From Aliivibrio fischeri ES114 (lineage in GTDB: Bacteria; Pseudomonadota; Gammaproteobacteria; Enterobacterales; Vibrionaceae), in NCBI RefSeq assembly GCF_000011805.1, contig NC_006840.2: a stretch of DNA of 32,000 bases. One strand, given 5' to 3'. Below, in pieces: positions 9,512-18,412 of the stretch. Positions within the stretch are counted from its first letter, which is position 1. Every line of letters begins with the position of its first letter. Both the position numbers and the translations under genes were made by a program. The notes under the pieces were generated by a model. It did no database searches and was not told the origin of the DNA. It worked only from the letters and a program-made list of their open reading frames with translations.

Positions 9512-11881
9512 ATGAAAAAAATAAATAAAATAACTCTGGCAATATTGAGTTCAATGCTTAGTGGCTATGTGTATGCATCAGATGTAATTCAAAAAACCAA
9601 TGTTGCTCCTGTTACTTCTGGTGGGCTATGTGAGAGTTTCAATGTTTATCCTGATTGGACTCGTGGAGATCATGCGACAAATGGTGACATTATGGTGCAT
9701 GAAAATATCGCTTATTCAGCAGTTTATTGGACACAAAGCATCCCAGGTAGTGATAGTTCGTGGGCTCTTCATTTAAATTGTGATGGTTCAGAGCCTGGCA
9801 CTGCACCTGTTCTTTCGCTACAAAACCCTCTTGATCCTATTCGTTTAGAAGTAGCGGGCTGGCCAAATACCTTCGTGGTGGCGAGTCCATCTACATTAGC
9901 ACCTGCGACTATAACCATTCAGGCAAGCAATAGTGATTCGTTAGCTGATGTTGATCAGTTAACAAGTGCATTTGTATCTATTATTGAACAAGCTGAGAAT
10001 GCAGGTGCGGCATCACTTATTATCAGTTCGGATGTGTTGGATCTTGCAACTCAAGATAAAGGCGAGTCTCTAGGTACTGTCGCTGTTAAACAAGCATTGA
10101 CTAATGCTATCAATATGACAAACAGCAATATTGATATTACAGCTATCAACGCATTATCTGATGATTTAAAAGGGTGGGCTCAAGCGCACAACTTAATCCT
10201 TAGCACTCTTGCACCTAATGCAAATTTTGGTTGGTCAGTGAGTATTGGTGATTTTGCATACGATACGCATTCTGGCCGTCAATCCGTGTGGGATAAAGCG
10301 TCAGTATTCAGCGCGGATCTACTAGCGACATTAGAGCTATACAAAGTAGATGCAATCAATAAAGCTGACTTTGTCGTGTTTACTAAATCAAGTACAACAG
10401 CGGCTCTAACAAGTGACCAATGGCACAATGCTTTAGAATATGTAAAACAAGTGTCTGATTATATTAAGGCTCCTGCGATGTTGGCTAACATGCCAACAAA
10501 CCAAGCCGCAGATTATTTTATGGGGAACTCGGTTAGTAAGCCTCAGTTACGTAAAGCGGCATTCAGTAACGTATTTGCACTAACATTTGATCAAGATAGC
10601 CAAGAACTAACCGCTAAGATTGAGCGTTATCAGAATGCGAAAATTCCATTGTACTATGTGGGCGAAGAGCTAGAGAAAGGATCGTTAACTCGTATTGAAG
10701 CTTTAAACCAACAATTAGCTGCTGCTGAAAATGCAATGGACAATGAAGCATTTTTGTATGAAACACCACAATCACAGTGGATCCCATCAACAGTATACAA
10801 GTGGAATGATTTCTTAGATGGCTTAAATGCAATGCACAACATTGGTGTTGCAGGCAATAAGTTCTGGTTAATGAACGATGAAGTTGATGATGAAACAAAC
10901 ATCAAATACGCGAAAGTAGCGATAGCCGCTTTCTTAGCACAAAGTATGCAAGAAACAATTCGCTACAATGCGTGTGATGAAAATAACTGGTCTGAAATTA
11001 AATATGGTGCACCAACTGATTACCCGATGACAGCGAGTTGTGGTCAACTTGGTCAGAAGTATGCGGATTACGGTGTGAACCCTGTTTCTGGGTTAGATTA
11101 TGCGTATTCATGTCCTCGTGATAATAAGATGGAAGTAAGTGCTTTAACTCATGCTAAATGGTATGGAGCACCTGCGCCTGTTTTCGCTGCTCCAGATGCG
11201 GTACTTGAAGAGCGAGGTTTATTGGTAAATGGCCATGCAGGTCGTTGGACAAATAACGGTCACTGTAATGAAGTCCCTGAAAAAGTAGATACGTCGAAAC
11301 AAGTATGGGAACGTGATGAGTGTAAAATCTACGTTGGCCAAAAAGCAGGTACGTTTATTTGGGATGGTAGCAGTCAAGAAAGTGTTGAAGGCTGTGGTTG
11401 GTGGGGGCGTGGAGTTATCCAAACAACGGGCCGTCAAAACTTCGGTACACTTAACCACTACTTAGGACGTTCACACGTTGATCCAGACACCATTGGTACA
11501 ACAATTGATGGTGTAACGGTAGAAGCGCCACCAGCAAATCCACTTTACGCAGAACTTGATTTTTGTTCAAACCCAGGTTTGATCTGTAGCTCTGAAGAGA
11601 GTAAAGAAATTAAGTGGATCGCAGGTCTGTTCTACTGGGTAACATCAGTACAAGCTTATAATGATGTAGGCGGTCAATATGCTGATTGGAACTACTATAA
11701 CGAGCTGAAAAAGTACGTAGATAGCGGCTTGCAAGGGACTCAATTTATAGATGATGTTTCTGGCATTGTAAACCGTGGTTGTCCTGATACGACGTGTTCA
11801 ACTGGTGATGTTCATAACATTAAAGAGCGTCAAGATAACTTCAAATTAGTATTACAAAAATTAGGTCTTAACCCACAATAA
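9512..11881 (+). CDS. Secreted multidomain protein: signal peptide, CBM5/12-like N-terminal module, middle domain, C-terminal GH19 (class I chitinase)-like domain
   Basis: Signal MKKINKITLAILSSMLSGYVYA. CBM-like DWTRGDHATNGDIMVHENIAYSAVYWTQSIPGSDSSW. GH19-like FLAQSMQETIRYNAC (cf. FFAQ..HET) and WWGRGVIQTTGRQNFGTLNHYLG (cf. GRGPIQLTGRQNY). Confidence 0.8.
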   Translation: MKKINKITLAILSSMLSGYVYASDVIQKTNVAPVTSGGLCESFNVYPDWTRGDHATNGDIMVHENIAYSAVYWTQSIPGSDSSWALHLNCDGSEPGTAPVLSLQNPLDPIRLEVAGWPNTFVVASPSTLAPATITIQASNSDSLADVDQLTSAFVSIIEQAENAGAASLIISSDVLDLATQDKGESLGTVAVKQALTNAINMTNSNIDITAINALSDDLKGWAQAHNLILSTLAPNANFGWSVSIGDFAYDTHSGRQSVWDKASVFSADLLATLELYKVDAINKADFVVFTKSSTTAALTSDQWHNALEYVKQVSDYIKAPAMLANMPTNQAADYFMGNSVSKPQLRKAAFSNVFALTFDQDSQELTAKIERYQNAKIPLYYVGEELEKGSLTRIEALNQQLAAAENAMDNEAFLYETPQSQWIPSTVYKWNDFLDGLNAMHNIGVAGNKFWLMNDEVDDETNIKYAKVAIAAFLAQSMQETIRYNACDENNWSEIKYGAPTDYPMTASCGQLGQKYADYGVNPVSGLDYAYSCPRDNKMEVSALTHAKWYGAPAPVFAAPDAVLEERGLLVNGHAGRWTNNGHCNEVPEKVDTSKQVWERDECKIYVGQKAGTFIWDGSSQESVEGCGWWGRGVIQTTGRQNFGTLNHYLGRSHVDPDTIGTTIDGVTVEAPPANPLYAELDFCSNPGLICSSEESKEIKWIAGLFYWVTSVQAYNDVGGQYADWNYYNELKKYVDSGLQGTQFIDDVSGIVNRGCPDTTCSTGDVHNIKERQDNFKLVLQKLGLNPQ

Positions 11882-11960
11882 ACCGTCAACCCTGTTTACT
11901 CATTGTTTTTAGCAGATGTTGAACGCTTAAGAAGTGAGAAGGGTAAGTACTAATATACAA

Positions 11961-11996
11961 AAATCCCCATTAATAATGATTAATGGGGATTTTTTA
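11961..11996. terminator. Bidirectional rho-independent terminator
   Basis: 13-bp perfect stem AATCCCCATTAAT AATG ATTAATGGGGATT followed by T-run, between convergent genes. Confidence 0.85.
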
Positions 11997-12009
11997 TTTA
12001 ACTTGATTA

Positions 12010-13476
12010 TTAAGATTGAAGGCTTTCTTCTTCAGAATCAACTTCGCCACTGTTTCTTGATTTAATAATTACAAGAGCTGCAATGGCTACCGCTGATACT
12101 ACACCTGTAATCGTTGATAGCGTCATTGGTAAACCAAAACCTAACTGACTGTTGTTTAGAATGAAAGTAATACAAACACTTGTCATAAATACTGCAGGAA
12201 CGGTTGTGATCCAGTGTAGTTTGTTATGACGAACTAGGTAAGCCGTTGCTGTCCAAAGCATCATTACCGCAGTCGTTTGGTTAGCAAAACCGAAGTAGCG
12301 CCAGATAATACCGAAATCTACTTGAGTTAGAATGCCACCGATAACAAACAGTGGTAGTGCCATTAATAGACGGTTACGTAATGTTTTTTGTTCCATGTTG
12401 AAGTATTCAGCAAGGATTAGACGGCTTGAACGGAATGCTGTGTCACCAGAAGTGATTGGTAGAATTACCACACCTAAGAAAGCAATGATGCCACCGAATG
12501 TACCTAATAGACCAAATGCAGAGCTGTATACCACATTACCTGGGCCACCGTTAGCAACCGCTGCTTGAAGTGCTTCCATACCATCAAAGAATGATAGAGC
12601 GATAGCACACCAGATAAGAGCGATAATACCTTCACCAATCATCGCACCGTAGAATACGAAACGACCGTTCTTTTCATTTTCCATACAACGAGCCATTAAT
12701 GGCGATTGTGTCGCGTGGAAGCCAGAGATAGCACCACAAGCAATGGTAATGAATAGCGCAGGCCATAATGGCAAATCATTAGGGTTCATGTTGGTGAACA
12801 TTTGACTTGGTTCGTAACCACCTAATACTGAATGGTCACTAGAAATCGCAATCGCTGAAATAAGACCAACAGACATGAAGATGAGTAGGCCACCAAAGAG
12901 TGGGTAGAAACGACCAATGATTTTATCTACAGGAACAATTGTCGCAATAATGTAGTAGGCGAAAATGATAACTACCATTGCTGTCATGGTAATGCCTAAA
13001 TTAAATTGGTCATTCATTAGGTTAGTTAACATGCTTGCAGGGGCTGATACGAAAACAACACCAACAAGAAGCAGCAGTACAATTGCAAATACATTCATAA
13101 AGTGTTTTGCGCCATTACCTAAGTATTTACCAGTAATACTTGGTACAGAAGCACCACCATTACGAACAGATAACATACCTGAGAAGTAATCGTGAACTGC
13201 ACCTGCAAAAACACAACCTAGCACAATCCATAACATAGCTGCAGGGCCGTAAAGGGCACCCATGATTGGGCCAAAAATTGGGCCGACACCTGCAATATTA
13301 AGAAGTTGAACTAAGTATACTTTTGGTGTCGACATTGGAACATAATCAACACCGTCTGTTTTTGTATGAGCGGGAGTTTGACGGTCTACTTTAATACCGA
13401 ATACTTTTTCTATAAAAGCACCATACAGAAAGTAACCACCGATAAGTGCTGCAACACAAGTTAAAAACCAAAGCAT
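12010..13476 (-). CDS. Short (488 aa) CstA-family transporter; likely pyruvate/peptide carbon-starvation type, target of adjacent two-component system
   Basis: CstA hallmarks: LLNIAGVGPIFGPIMGALYGPAAMLWIVLGCVFAGAVHDYFSGMLSVRNGGASVPSITGKYLG; SGFHATQSPLMARCM; TSGDTAFRSSRLILAEYF. Confidence 0.9.
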   Translation of the reverse strand: MLWFLTCVAALIGGYFLYGAFIEKVFGIKVDRQTPAHTKTDGVDYVPMSTPKVYLVQLLNIAGVGPIFGPIMGALYGPAAMLWIVLGCVFAGAVHDYFSGMLSVRNGGASVPSITGKYLGNGAKHFMNVFAIVLLLLVGVVFVSAPASMLTNLMNDQFNLGITMTAMVVIIFAYYIIATIVPVDKIIGRFYPLFGGLLIFMSVGLISAIAISSDHSVLGGYEPSQMFTNMNPNDLPLWPALFITIACGAISGFHATQSPLMARCMENEKNGRFVFYGAMIGEGIIALIWCAIALSFFDGMEALQAAVANGGPGNVVYSSAFGLLGTFGGIIAFLGVVILPITSGDTAFRSSRLILAEYFNMEQKTLRNRLLMALPLFVIGGILTQVDFGIIWRYFGFANQTTAVMMLWTATAYLVRHNKLHWITTVPAVFMTSVCITFILNNSQLGFGLPMTLSTITGVVSAVAIAALVIIKSRNSGEVDSEEESLQS

Positions 13477-13529
13477 AATCTATTCCTTGTAAGAGTTAGC
13501 TAAGTAAATTTTATAATTAGATGCTGCGT

Positions 13530-13618
13530 ATAATACTGTTGGGCGTAAAGAGTTCACGCCCAAAAAAGGTGAGTGGTTGTGTTTTGCTAGTGAGTGGTTT
13601 TATATCAGATTAAGTGGT
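13530..13618 (-). promoter_or_regulatory. Putative BtsR/YehT-type promoter region of the CstA-family gene: three direct repeats plus a candidate -10
   Basis: Minus-strand ACCACTCA at 13577-13570 and 13598-13591, ACCACTTA at 13618-13611 (spacers 13 and 12 bp). Candidate -10 TATTAT at 13535-13530, no strong -35. Confidence 0.7.
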
Positions 13619-13636
13619 TTTGATGATATTCACACA

Positions 13637-14353
13637 TCAATGATGGATACCTAAACGCTCTTTTATTTCTTTAAGGTAACGGCGACTAACTTGAGCGATA
13701 TGGCCATTTTGAGTGACAATTTCGCTGGTTCCATTTTCATGCAATTTAATCTCACGAATAAAATGTGGATTGATTAAAAATTGGCGATGGCAGCGAATTA
13801 AAGGGGTCTTTTCTTCAAGTACTTTTAAAGTAAGTTGCGTGCAGGCTTTTTCAGTTTTAGACAATAATTCAACACCAGAGGCTTGAATGCTTGCCACTTC
13901 GATTTCATTAGATGGAAGAAGTAGAATACGGTTATGACCAGAACAAGGGATGAGATCGATATCTGGTTGGCTAAGCGGAGTTAAATCTTGTTTCTTGTCT
14001 GCTTGAATTAAACGCTTAATGGTTTTTTGTAATCGTGCTGGTTCTATTGGTTTTAATAGATAATCAAACGCATTGTCTTCAAACGCTTTAACTGCAAATT
14101 CATCGTAAGCGGTGACAAACACAATGTTCGGCATGGTTTCAGGATCAAGCATGCTGATCAATTCCATTCCAGTAATTCTGGGCATTTGAATATCTAAGAA
14201 GACAACATCAGGTTTTAAGATATTAATTTGTTTTAAGCCATCAATGGCATTACCGCATTCGGCAATAATATCAATATGCCCAATTTCGTTTAATTGTTCT
14301 ATTAATTCTTCTCTAGCAAAGAGTTCATCATCTATTACGATGGCTTTAAGCAT
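13637..14353 (-). CDS. btsR: LytTR-family response regulator, BtsR/YehT-like
   Basis: REC domain (KPDVVFLDIQMPRITGMEL...VTAYDEFAVKAFEDNAFDYLLKP) plus LytTR domain (TPLIRCHRQFLINPHFIREIK); overlaps the sensor gene by 8 nt. Confidence 0.85.
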   Translation of the reverse strand: MLKAIVIDDELFAREELIEQLNEIGHIDIIAECGNAIDGLKQINILKPDVVFLDIQMPRITGMELISMLDPETMPNIVFVTAYDEFAVKAFEDNAFDYLLKPIEPARLQKTIKRLIQADKKQDLTPLSQPDIDLIPCSGHNRILLLPSNEIEVASIQASGVELLSKTEKACTQLTLKVLEEKTPLIRCHRQFLINPHFIREIKLHENGTSEIVTQNGHIAQVSRRYLKEIKERLGIHH

Positions 14354-16028
14354 GGTTTTTATTCTCTATTGGTAGGTGAATCGTTGCTTTTGTTTGTTGA
14401 TTACTAATACAGCTCATGGTTAAGCCAAAATTATCACCAAACTGGTTCTTTAAACGTTTGTCGACAATGGTGGTACCTAAACCATTATTTGAGTTTTGTT
14501 CAGTATATAACCCTGCATTGTCAATGACTTCTAAAATAATTTGATGATGTGAAGGGTAGGCTTTTATTGTTATTTCACCCGCTTCAAATAAGTTAGATGT
14601 TCCATGTTTAATGGCGTTTTCGACAAGAGGTTGCAAGGTAAATGTAGGCAATTTCAAACCGTATAGACTTTCATCAATATCCATATGTACGGTTAAACGA
14701 TCGGCGAAACGAGCTAACTCAATTTCTAAATAAGATTGTACATGATGCAGTTCTTCTCTTAAGGTGACTTGTTCAATGTTCTGTTTCAAGTTCATGCGGA
14801 AAAATTGCGATAAATGCTGAATCAGTTCTCTTGCGCGAGTTGGATCACGGCGGATCACTGCACTAATAGTATTTAGTGCATTAAATAAAAAATGTGGGTT
14901 TACTTGGGCTTGAAGTACACGAAGTTCCGCTTGAGTAAGTAAAGATTGTTGTTGTAAATAACGTCCCGTTAAGATCTGGTTTGAGAGTAATTTAGCGATA
15001 CCTTCGCCTAATGTTAGATTGATATAAGAAAATAGTTTCCGTTTTGGTTCGTACAGCTTAATGGTGCCAATTACCTCATTATTTGCGCCGATAAGTGGAA
15101 TAACAAGTGCCGATCCTAGTTTACATTTTTCACAAATAGAACATTGGTAAGGGTGTTCATCACCGTCAATGTACATAACTTTGCTACGTTTAATCGCTTT
15201 TTTTGTGTAGTCAGAAGCGATTGGTGTATCGGGTAAGTGGTGGTCATCACCAATACCGATAAAGGCTAAAATTTTCTCTCTATCAGTAATTGAAACCGCA
15301 CCAACACCAGTTTCTTCATAGATGATTTTCGCTATTTGTTTGCTGTTTTCTTGGTTGAAGCCTTGGCTTAAAATCCCAACCGAACGTTGGGCAATATTGA
15401 GTGCTTTATTTGAGAAGGCTGCGGAGTATTTTTCGTAAATGGCTTTTCTATCTTGAATGATACTCATAAACATAGCTGCGCCAATAGAGTTAGCGACTAC
15501 CATTGGTAATACAATCGATGAGACAAGTGCATAAGCTTGGTCAAAAGGTTTTGCTACTGCCAAAATAATTGTCATTTGAAGTAATTCAGCAATGAAGGCA
15601 ATCATTAATACAGTTCGAGGTCTAAATAATTGTTCAATCTGGTTTTTTCTAACAAAATAAAGATGAAATAAACCACCAAGTAAGCCTTCAGCTGTAGTTG
15701 ATATTGCACAGGCAAGATCGGTAAAGCCACCCATGGAATAACGGTGTAGCCCTCCGGTTAAACCAACAAAGAATCCAACAAATGGTCCCCCTAAAACGCC
15801 ACCCATTACTGCACCAATAGCTCGTGTATTTGCAATGGCATCTTGAATAGAGAGCCCGAAATAGGTTCCTAAAATACAGAAGCCAGAAAAAATGATGTAA
15901 CAAAGAAAACGGTGACTCCAACGAGCAGAAATCGTTGTAATTGGTAAGAAGAGAGGGGTTTTACTCAATAGGTAAGCAAGAACCAGATAGACACTTAATT
16001 GTTGTAATAACGAAAACACCAATTCCAT
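14346..16028 (-). CDS. btsS: LytS/YehU-type sensor histidine kinase (5TM-5TMR_LYT, GAF-like, His_kinase/HATPase), BtsS-like
   Basis: VMGGVLGGPFVGFFVGLTGGLHRYSMGGFTDLACAISTTAEGLLGG; LRVLQAQVNPHFLFNALNTISAVIRRDP; NGLGTTIVDKRLKNQFG; 560 aa. Confidence 0.87.
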   Translation of the reverse strand: MELVFSLLQQLSVYLVLAYLLSKTPLFLPITTISARWSHRFLCYIIFSGFCILGTYFGLSIQDAIANTRAIGAVMGGVLGGPFVGFFVGLTGGLHRYSMGGFTDLACAISTTAEGLLGGLFHLYFVRKNQIEQLFRPRTVLMIAFIAELLQMTIILAVAKPFDQAYALVSSIVLPMVVANSIGAAMFMSIIQDRKAIYEKYSAAFSNKALNIAQRSVGILSQGFNQENSKQIAKIIYEETGVGAVSITDREKILAFIGIGDDHHLPDTPIASDYTKKAIKRSKVMYIDGDEHPYQCSICEKCKLGSALVIPLIGANNEVIGTIKLYEPKRKLFSYINLTLGEGIAKLLSNQILTGRYLQQQSLLTQAELRVLQAQVNPHFLFNALNTISAVIRRDPTRARELIQHLSQFFRMNLKQNIEQVTLREELHHVQSYLEIELARFADRLTVHMDIDESLYGLKLPTFTLQPLVENAIKHGTSNLFEAGEITIKAYPSHHQIILEVIDNAGLYTEQNSNNGLGTTIVDKRLKNQFGDNFGLTMSCISNQQTKATIHLPIENKNHA

Positions 16029-16190
16029 TGGTTTACCTATTAAAATAATGACTGAGACTATAGTGTAATCGTAAATTAATGGTGAGTCTAAGTAAGCAAG
16101 TTATATAAGTTAATCTTGTTAATGGTTTGTGTAAAACGACTTATTTATGAGACTTATATAAATGCAATGTAAGATTTCATAAATGATGGT

Positions 16191-16206
16191 TGTGATCTTC
16201 ATCACC
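16191..16206. promoter_or_regulatory. Putative CRP binding site upstream of satP
   Basis: TGTGA-TCTTCA-TCACC, 9/10 match to TGTGA-N6-TCACA, about 70 bp upstream of the satP start codon. Confidence 0.55.
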
Positions 16207-16274
16207 CGGAAATAAACTGCGCGCCTAAACCTAAACACCTTTTTAATTTTTACACTTTTTTTTGAGGCTTCGGC

Positions 16275-16862
16275 ATGTCAAACAAACTTGCAAACCCTGC
16301 ACCATTAGGCCTAATGGCTTTTGGTATGACAACTGTACTACTTAACCTGCACAACGCTGGTTTCTTCCCATTAAACACAGCTATTTTAGCTATGGGTATC
16401 TTCTATGGTGGTACTGCGCAAGTAATTGCTGGCATCATGGAATACAAAAAAGGTAACACATTTGGTACGACTGCATTTACTTCGTACGGTTTCTTCTGGT
16501 TATCTTTAGTTGCACTTATCCTTATGCCTGAAATGGGTCTAGGTCAAGCTACTTCAGCTACATTCATGGGTTGGTACCTATCTATGTGGGGTGTACTAAC
16601 ATTCTTCTTGTTCTTAGGTACATTTAACTACCCACGCGCAAAACAAGTTGTATTTGCAAGCCTAACAATTCTATTTGCATTACTTGCAGCTCGTGATTTC
16701 ACTGGTAGCGTAGTAATTGGCCACTTAGCTGGTTATGTTGGTCTTTTCTGTGGCCTAAGTGCAATGTACTTCTCTATGGCTCAAGTAATTAACGGTGAGT
16801 ACGGCCGTACTGTACTACCTGTTGGTGAAGTAAAAGCTAAAGCAGAAACAGTAACTGCATAA
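16275..16862 (+). CDS. satP: Acetate/succinate uptake transporter, GPR1/FUN34/YaaH family (SatP)
   Basis: [26 protein letters not shown] (NPAPLGL motif), [28 protein letters not shown]; 195 aa. Confidence 0.93.
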   Translation: MSNKLANPAPLGLMAFGMTTVLLNLHNAGFFPLNTAILAMGIFYGGTAQVIAGIMEYKKGNTFGTTAFTSYGFFWLSLVALILMPEMGLGQATSATFMGWYLSMWGVLTFFLFLGTFNYPRAKQVVFASLTILFALLAARDFTGSVVIGHLAGYVGLFCGLSAMYFSMAQVINGEYGRTVLPVGEVKAKAETVTA

Positions 16863-16878
16863 GTTTTAAGTTTCCATG

Positions 16879-16913
16879 AAAAAGGCAGCTCATAAAAGAG
16901 CTGCCTTTTTTGT
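16879..16913. terminator. Bidirectional rho-independent terminator (satP / small minus-strand ORF)
   Basis: AAAAAGGCAGCTC ATAAAA GAGCTGCCTTTTTT. Confidence 0.88.
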
Positions 16914-16929
16914 GTCTGTAAGAAATTGC

Positions 16930-17091
16930 TTACTTGTCTAAAGACATTAATGCTTCTTGTGTTTCCATAATTTGTTGCTGTAAATCATTAGAAGAGGAAA
17001 TACCTAATTGTTCTTTTGCTTCTTCTTTTGATATTCCTAGGTGGCAACAAAGCATATCAATTGCCATCAAATGAGTTTCTTGCTCAGCCAT
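16930..17091 (-). CDS. Small 53-aa protein (not in supplied ORF track)
   Basis: My translation of the minus strand: MAEQETHLMAIDMLCCHLGISKEEAKEQLGISSSNDLQQQIMETQEALMSLDK*. AAGGA RBS about 7 nt upstream of ATG; ends next to a bidirectional terminator. Confidence 0.65.
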   Translation of the reverse strand: MAEQETHLMAIDMLCCHLGISKEEAKEQLGISSSNDLQQQIMETQEALMSLDK

Positions 17092-17403
17092 GTCATGTCC
17101 TTGATTTTTTCGTCTATCATTGAATTAGTCACTAAAGTAAAACCAATTGCAGGTGATGACAATACGACCAAAGTCTAAGACTCTTGATTGATGATTTTTA
17201 TTTGTCGAAGGAAAAAGTCATGAGTAAAGGTAAATAAGCACAAAGAAAGTGTATCAAAGTGCGTCAAACCCTTGTATTTATAGAAAATGACATTATCTTA
17301 TCGTTATGCCTGATTTATCGTGCTAGAAACGATAATCAGGGGTCTGCTCAACAAGACGATATACAAAAAATGAGCAGGTTGAATTAATTATTGGAGTAAA
17401 GAA

Positions 17404-18279
17404 ATGAAGCGTATAGCGCTGTTTTTAGCAACAAACTTAGCGGTAATGATTGTATTCAGTATTGTTCTGAATATCGTTTACGCGGTTACGGGGATCCAAC
17501 AAGGTAGTTTATCTGGCTTATTGGTAATGGCAGTATTGTTTGGTTTTGGTGGTTCATTAATTTCTTTAATGATGTCGAAATCAATGGCACTACGTTCTGT
17601 GGGCGGCGAAGTAATTGAACAGCCTCGCAATGAAACAGAACATTGGTTATTAGAAACGGTTTCTCGTCAAGCTCAACAGGTTGGTATTGGTATGCCAACG
17701 GTTGCTATTTACGATTCACCAGACATGAACGCATTTGCTACTGGTGCAAAGCGTGATGATTCATTGGTGGCTGTTTCTACAGGTTTATTGCACAGCATGA
17801 CTCGCGATGAAGCTGAAGCGGTATTAGCGCACGAAGTTAGCCACATTGCGAATGGTGATATGATCACGATGACGTTAATGCAAGGTGTTGTGAATACCTT
17901 TGTTATTTTCTTATCTCGTATGATTGCTAATGCGGTAAGTGGCTTTACATCAAGCGATGAAGAGGGCGAAGGTGAAGGCGGAAGCTTCATGACGTACTTC
18001 ATTGTGTCTACTGTACTTGAATTAGCGTTTGGCTTCTTAGCAAGCTTCCTAACGATGTGGTTTAGCCGTCACCGTGAATTCCATGCGGATGCGGGTGCTG
18101 CTCAGTTAGTTGGTAAACAAAAAATGATTGCAGCTCTTGAACGTTTACGTATGGGGCAGGAGTCTCAGCTAGAAGGTTCTATGATGGCATTTGGTATCAA
18201 CGGTAAAAAATCGTTAACCGAATTGTTGATGAGCCACCCACCTCTAGAGAAACGTATTGACGCTCTTCGTCAAATGTAA
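17404..18279 (+). CDS. htpX: Membrane zinc metalloprotease HtpX
   Basis: [22 protein letters not shown] (HEXXH), [41 protein letters not shown]; four predicted TMs. Confidence 0.96.
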   Translation: MKRIALFLATNLAVMIVFSIVLNIVYAVTGIQQGSLSGLLVMAVLFGFGGSLISLMMSKSMALRSVGGEVIEQPRNETEHWLLETVSRQAQQVGIGMPTVAIYDSPDMNAFATGAKRDDSLVAVSTGLLHSMTRDEAEAVLAHEVSHIANGDMITMTLMQGVVNTFVIFLSRMIANAVSGFTSSDEEGEGEGGSFMTYFIVSTVLELAFGFLASFLTMWFSRHREFHADAGAAQLVGKQKMIAALERLRMGQESQLEGSMMAFGINGKKSLTELLMSHPPLEKRIDALRQM

Positions 18280-18295
18280 TCTTTAATTTAAAGAT

Positions 18296-18324
18296 AAAAA
18301 CCCGAGGCTTTCTCGGGTTTTTTT
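18296..18324 (+). terminator. Rho-independent terminator after htpX
   Basis: AAAAACCCGAGGCTTTCTCGGGTTTTTTT. Confidence 0.85.
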
Positions 18325-18412
18325 ATATGTATAGATCACATAAATCTTTTACCAAAGATGATTACAAGTTATAGTCTGCACCTAATTTAAATTAATACAT
18401 TTAGGATCTACC

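Noticed and set aside
10614-11458. Minus-strand ORFs inside the GH19-like gene
   Set aside because: Antisense shadows; Ser/His/Thr-rich composition with no recognisable motif.
12332-13189. Plus-strand ORFs inside the CstA-family gene
   Set aside because: Antisense to conserved transmembrane codons; overlapping shadows.
15688-15921. 77-aa minus-strand ORF inside the sensor kinase gene
   Set aside because: Out-of-frame overlap with the conserved 5TM-5TMR_LYT coding region.
17486-18002. Minus-strand ORFs inside htpX
   Set aside because: Antisense shadows of a highly conserved protease gene.
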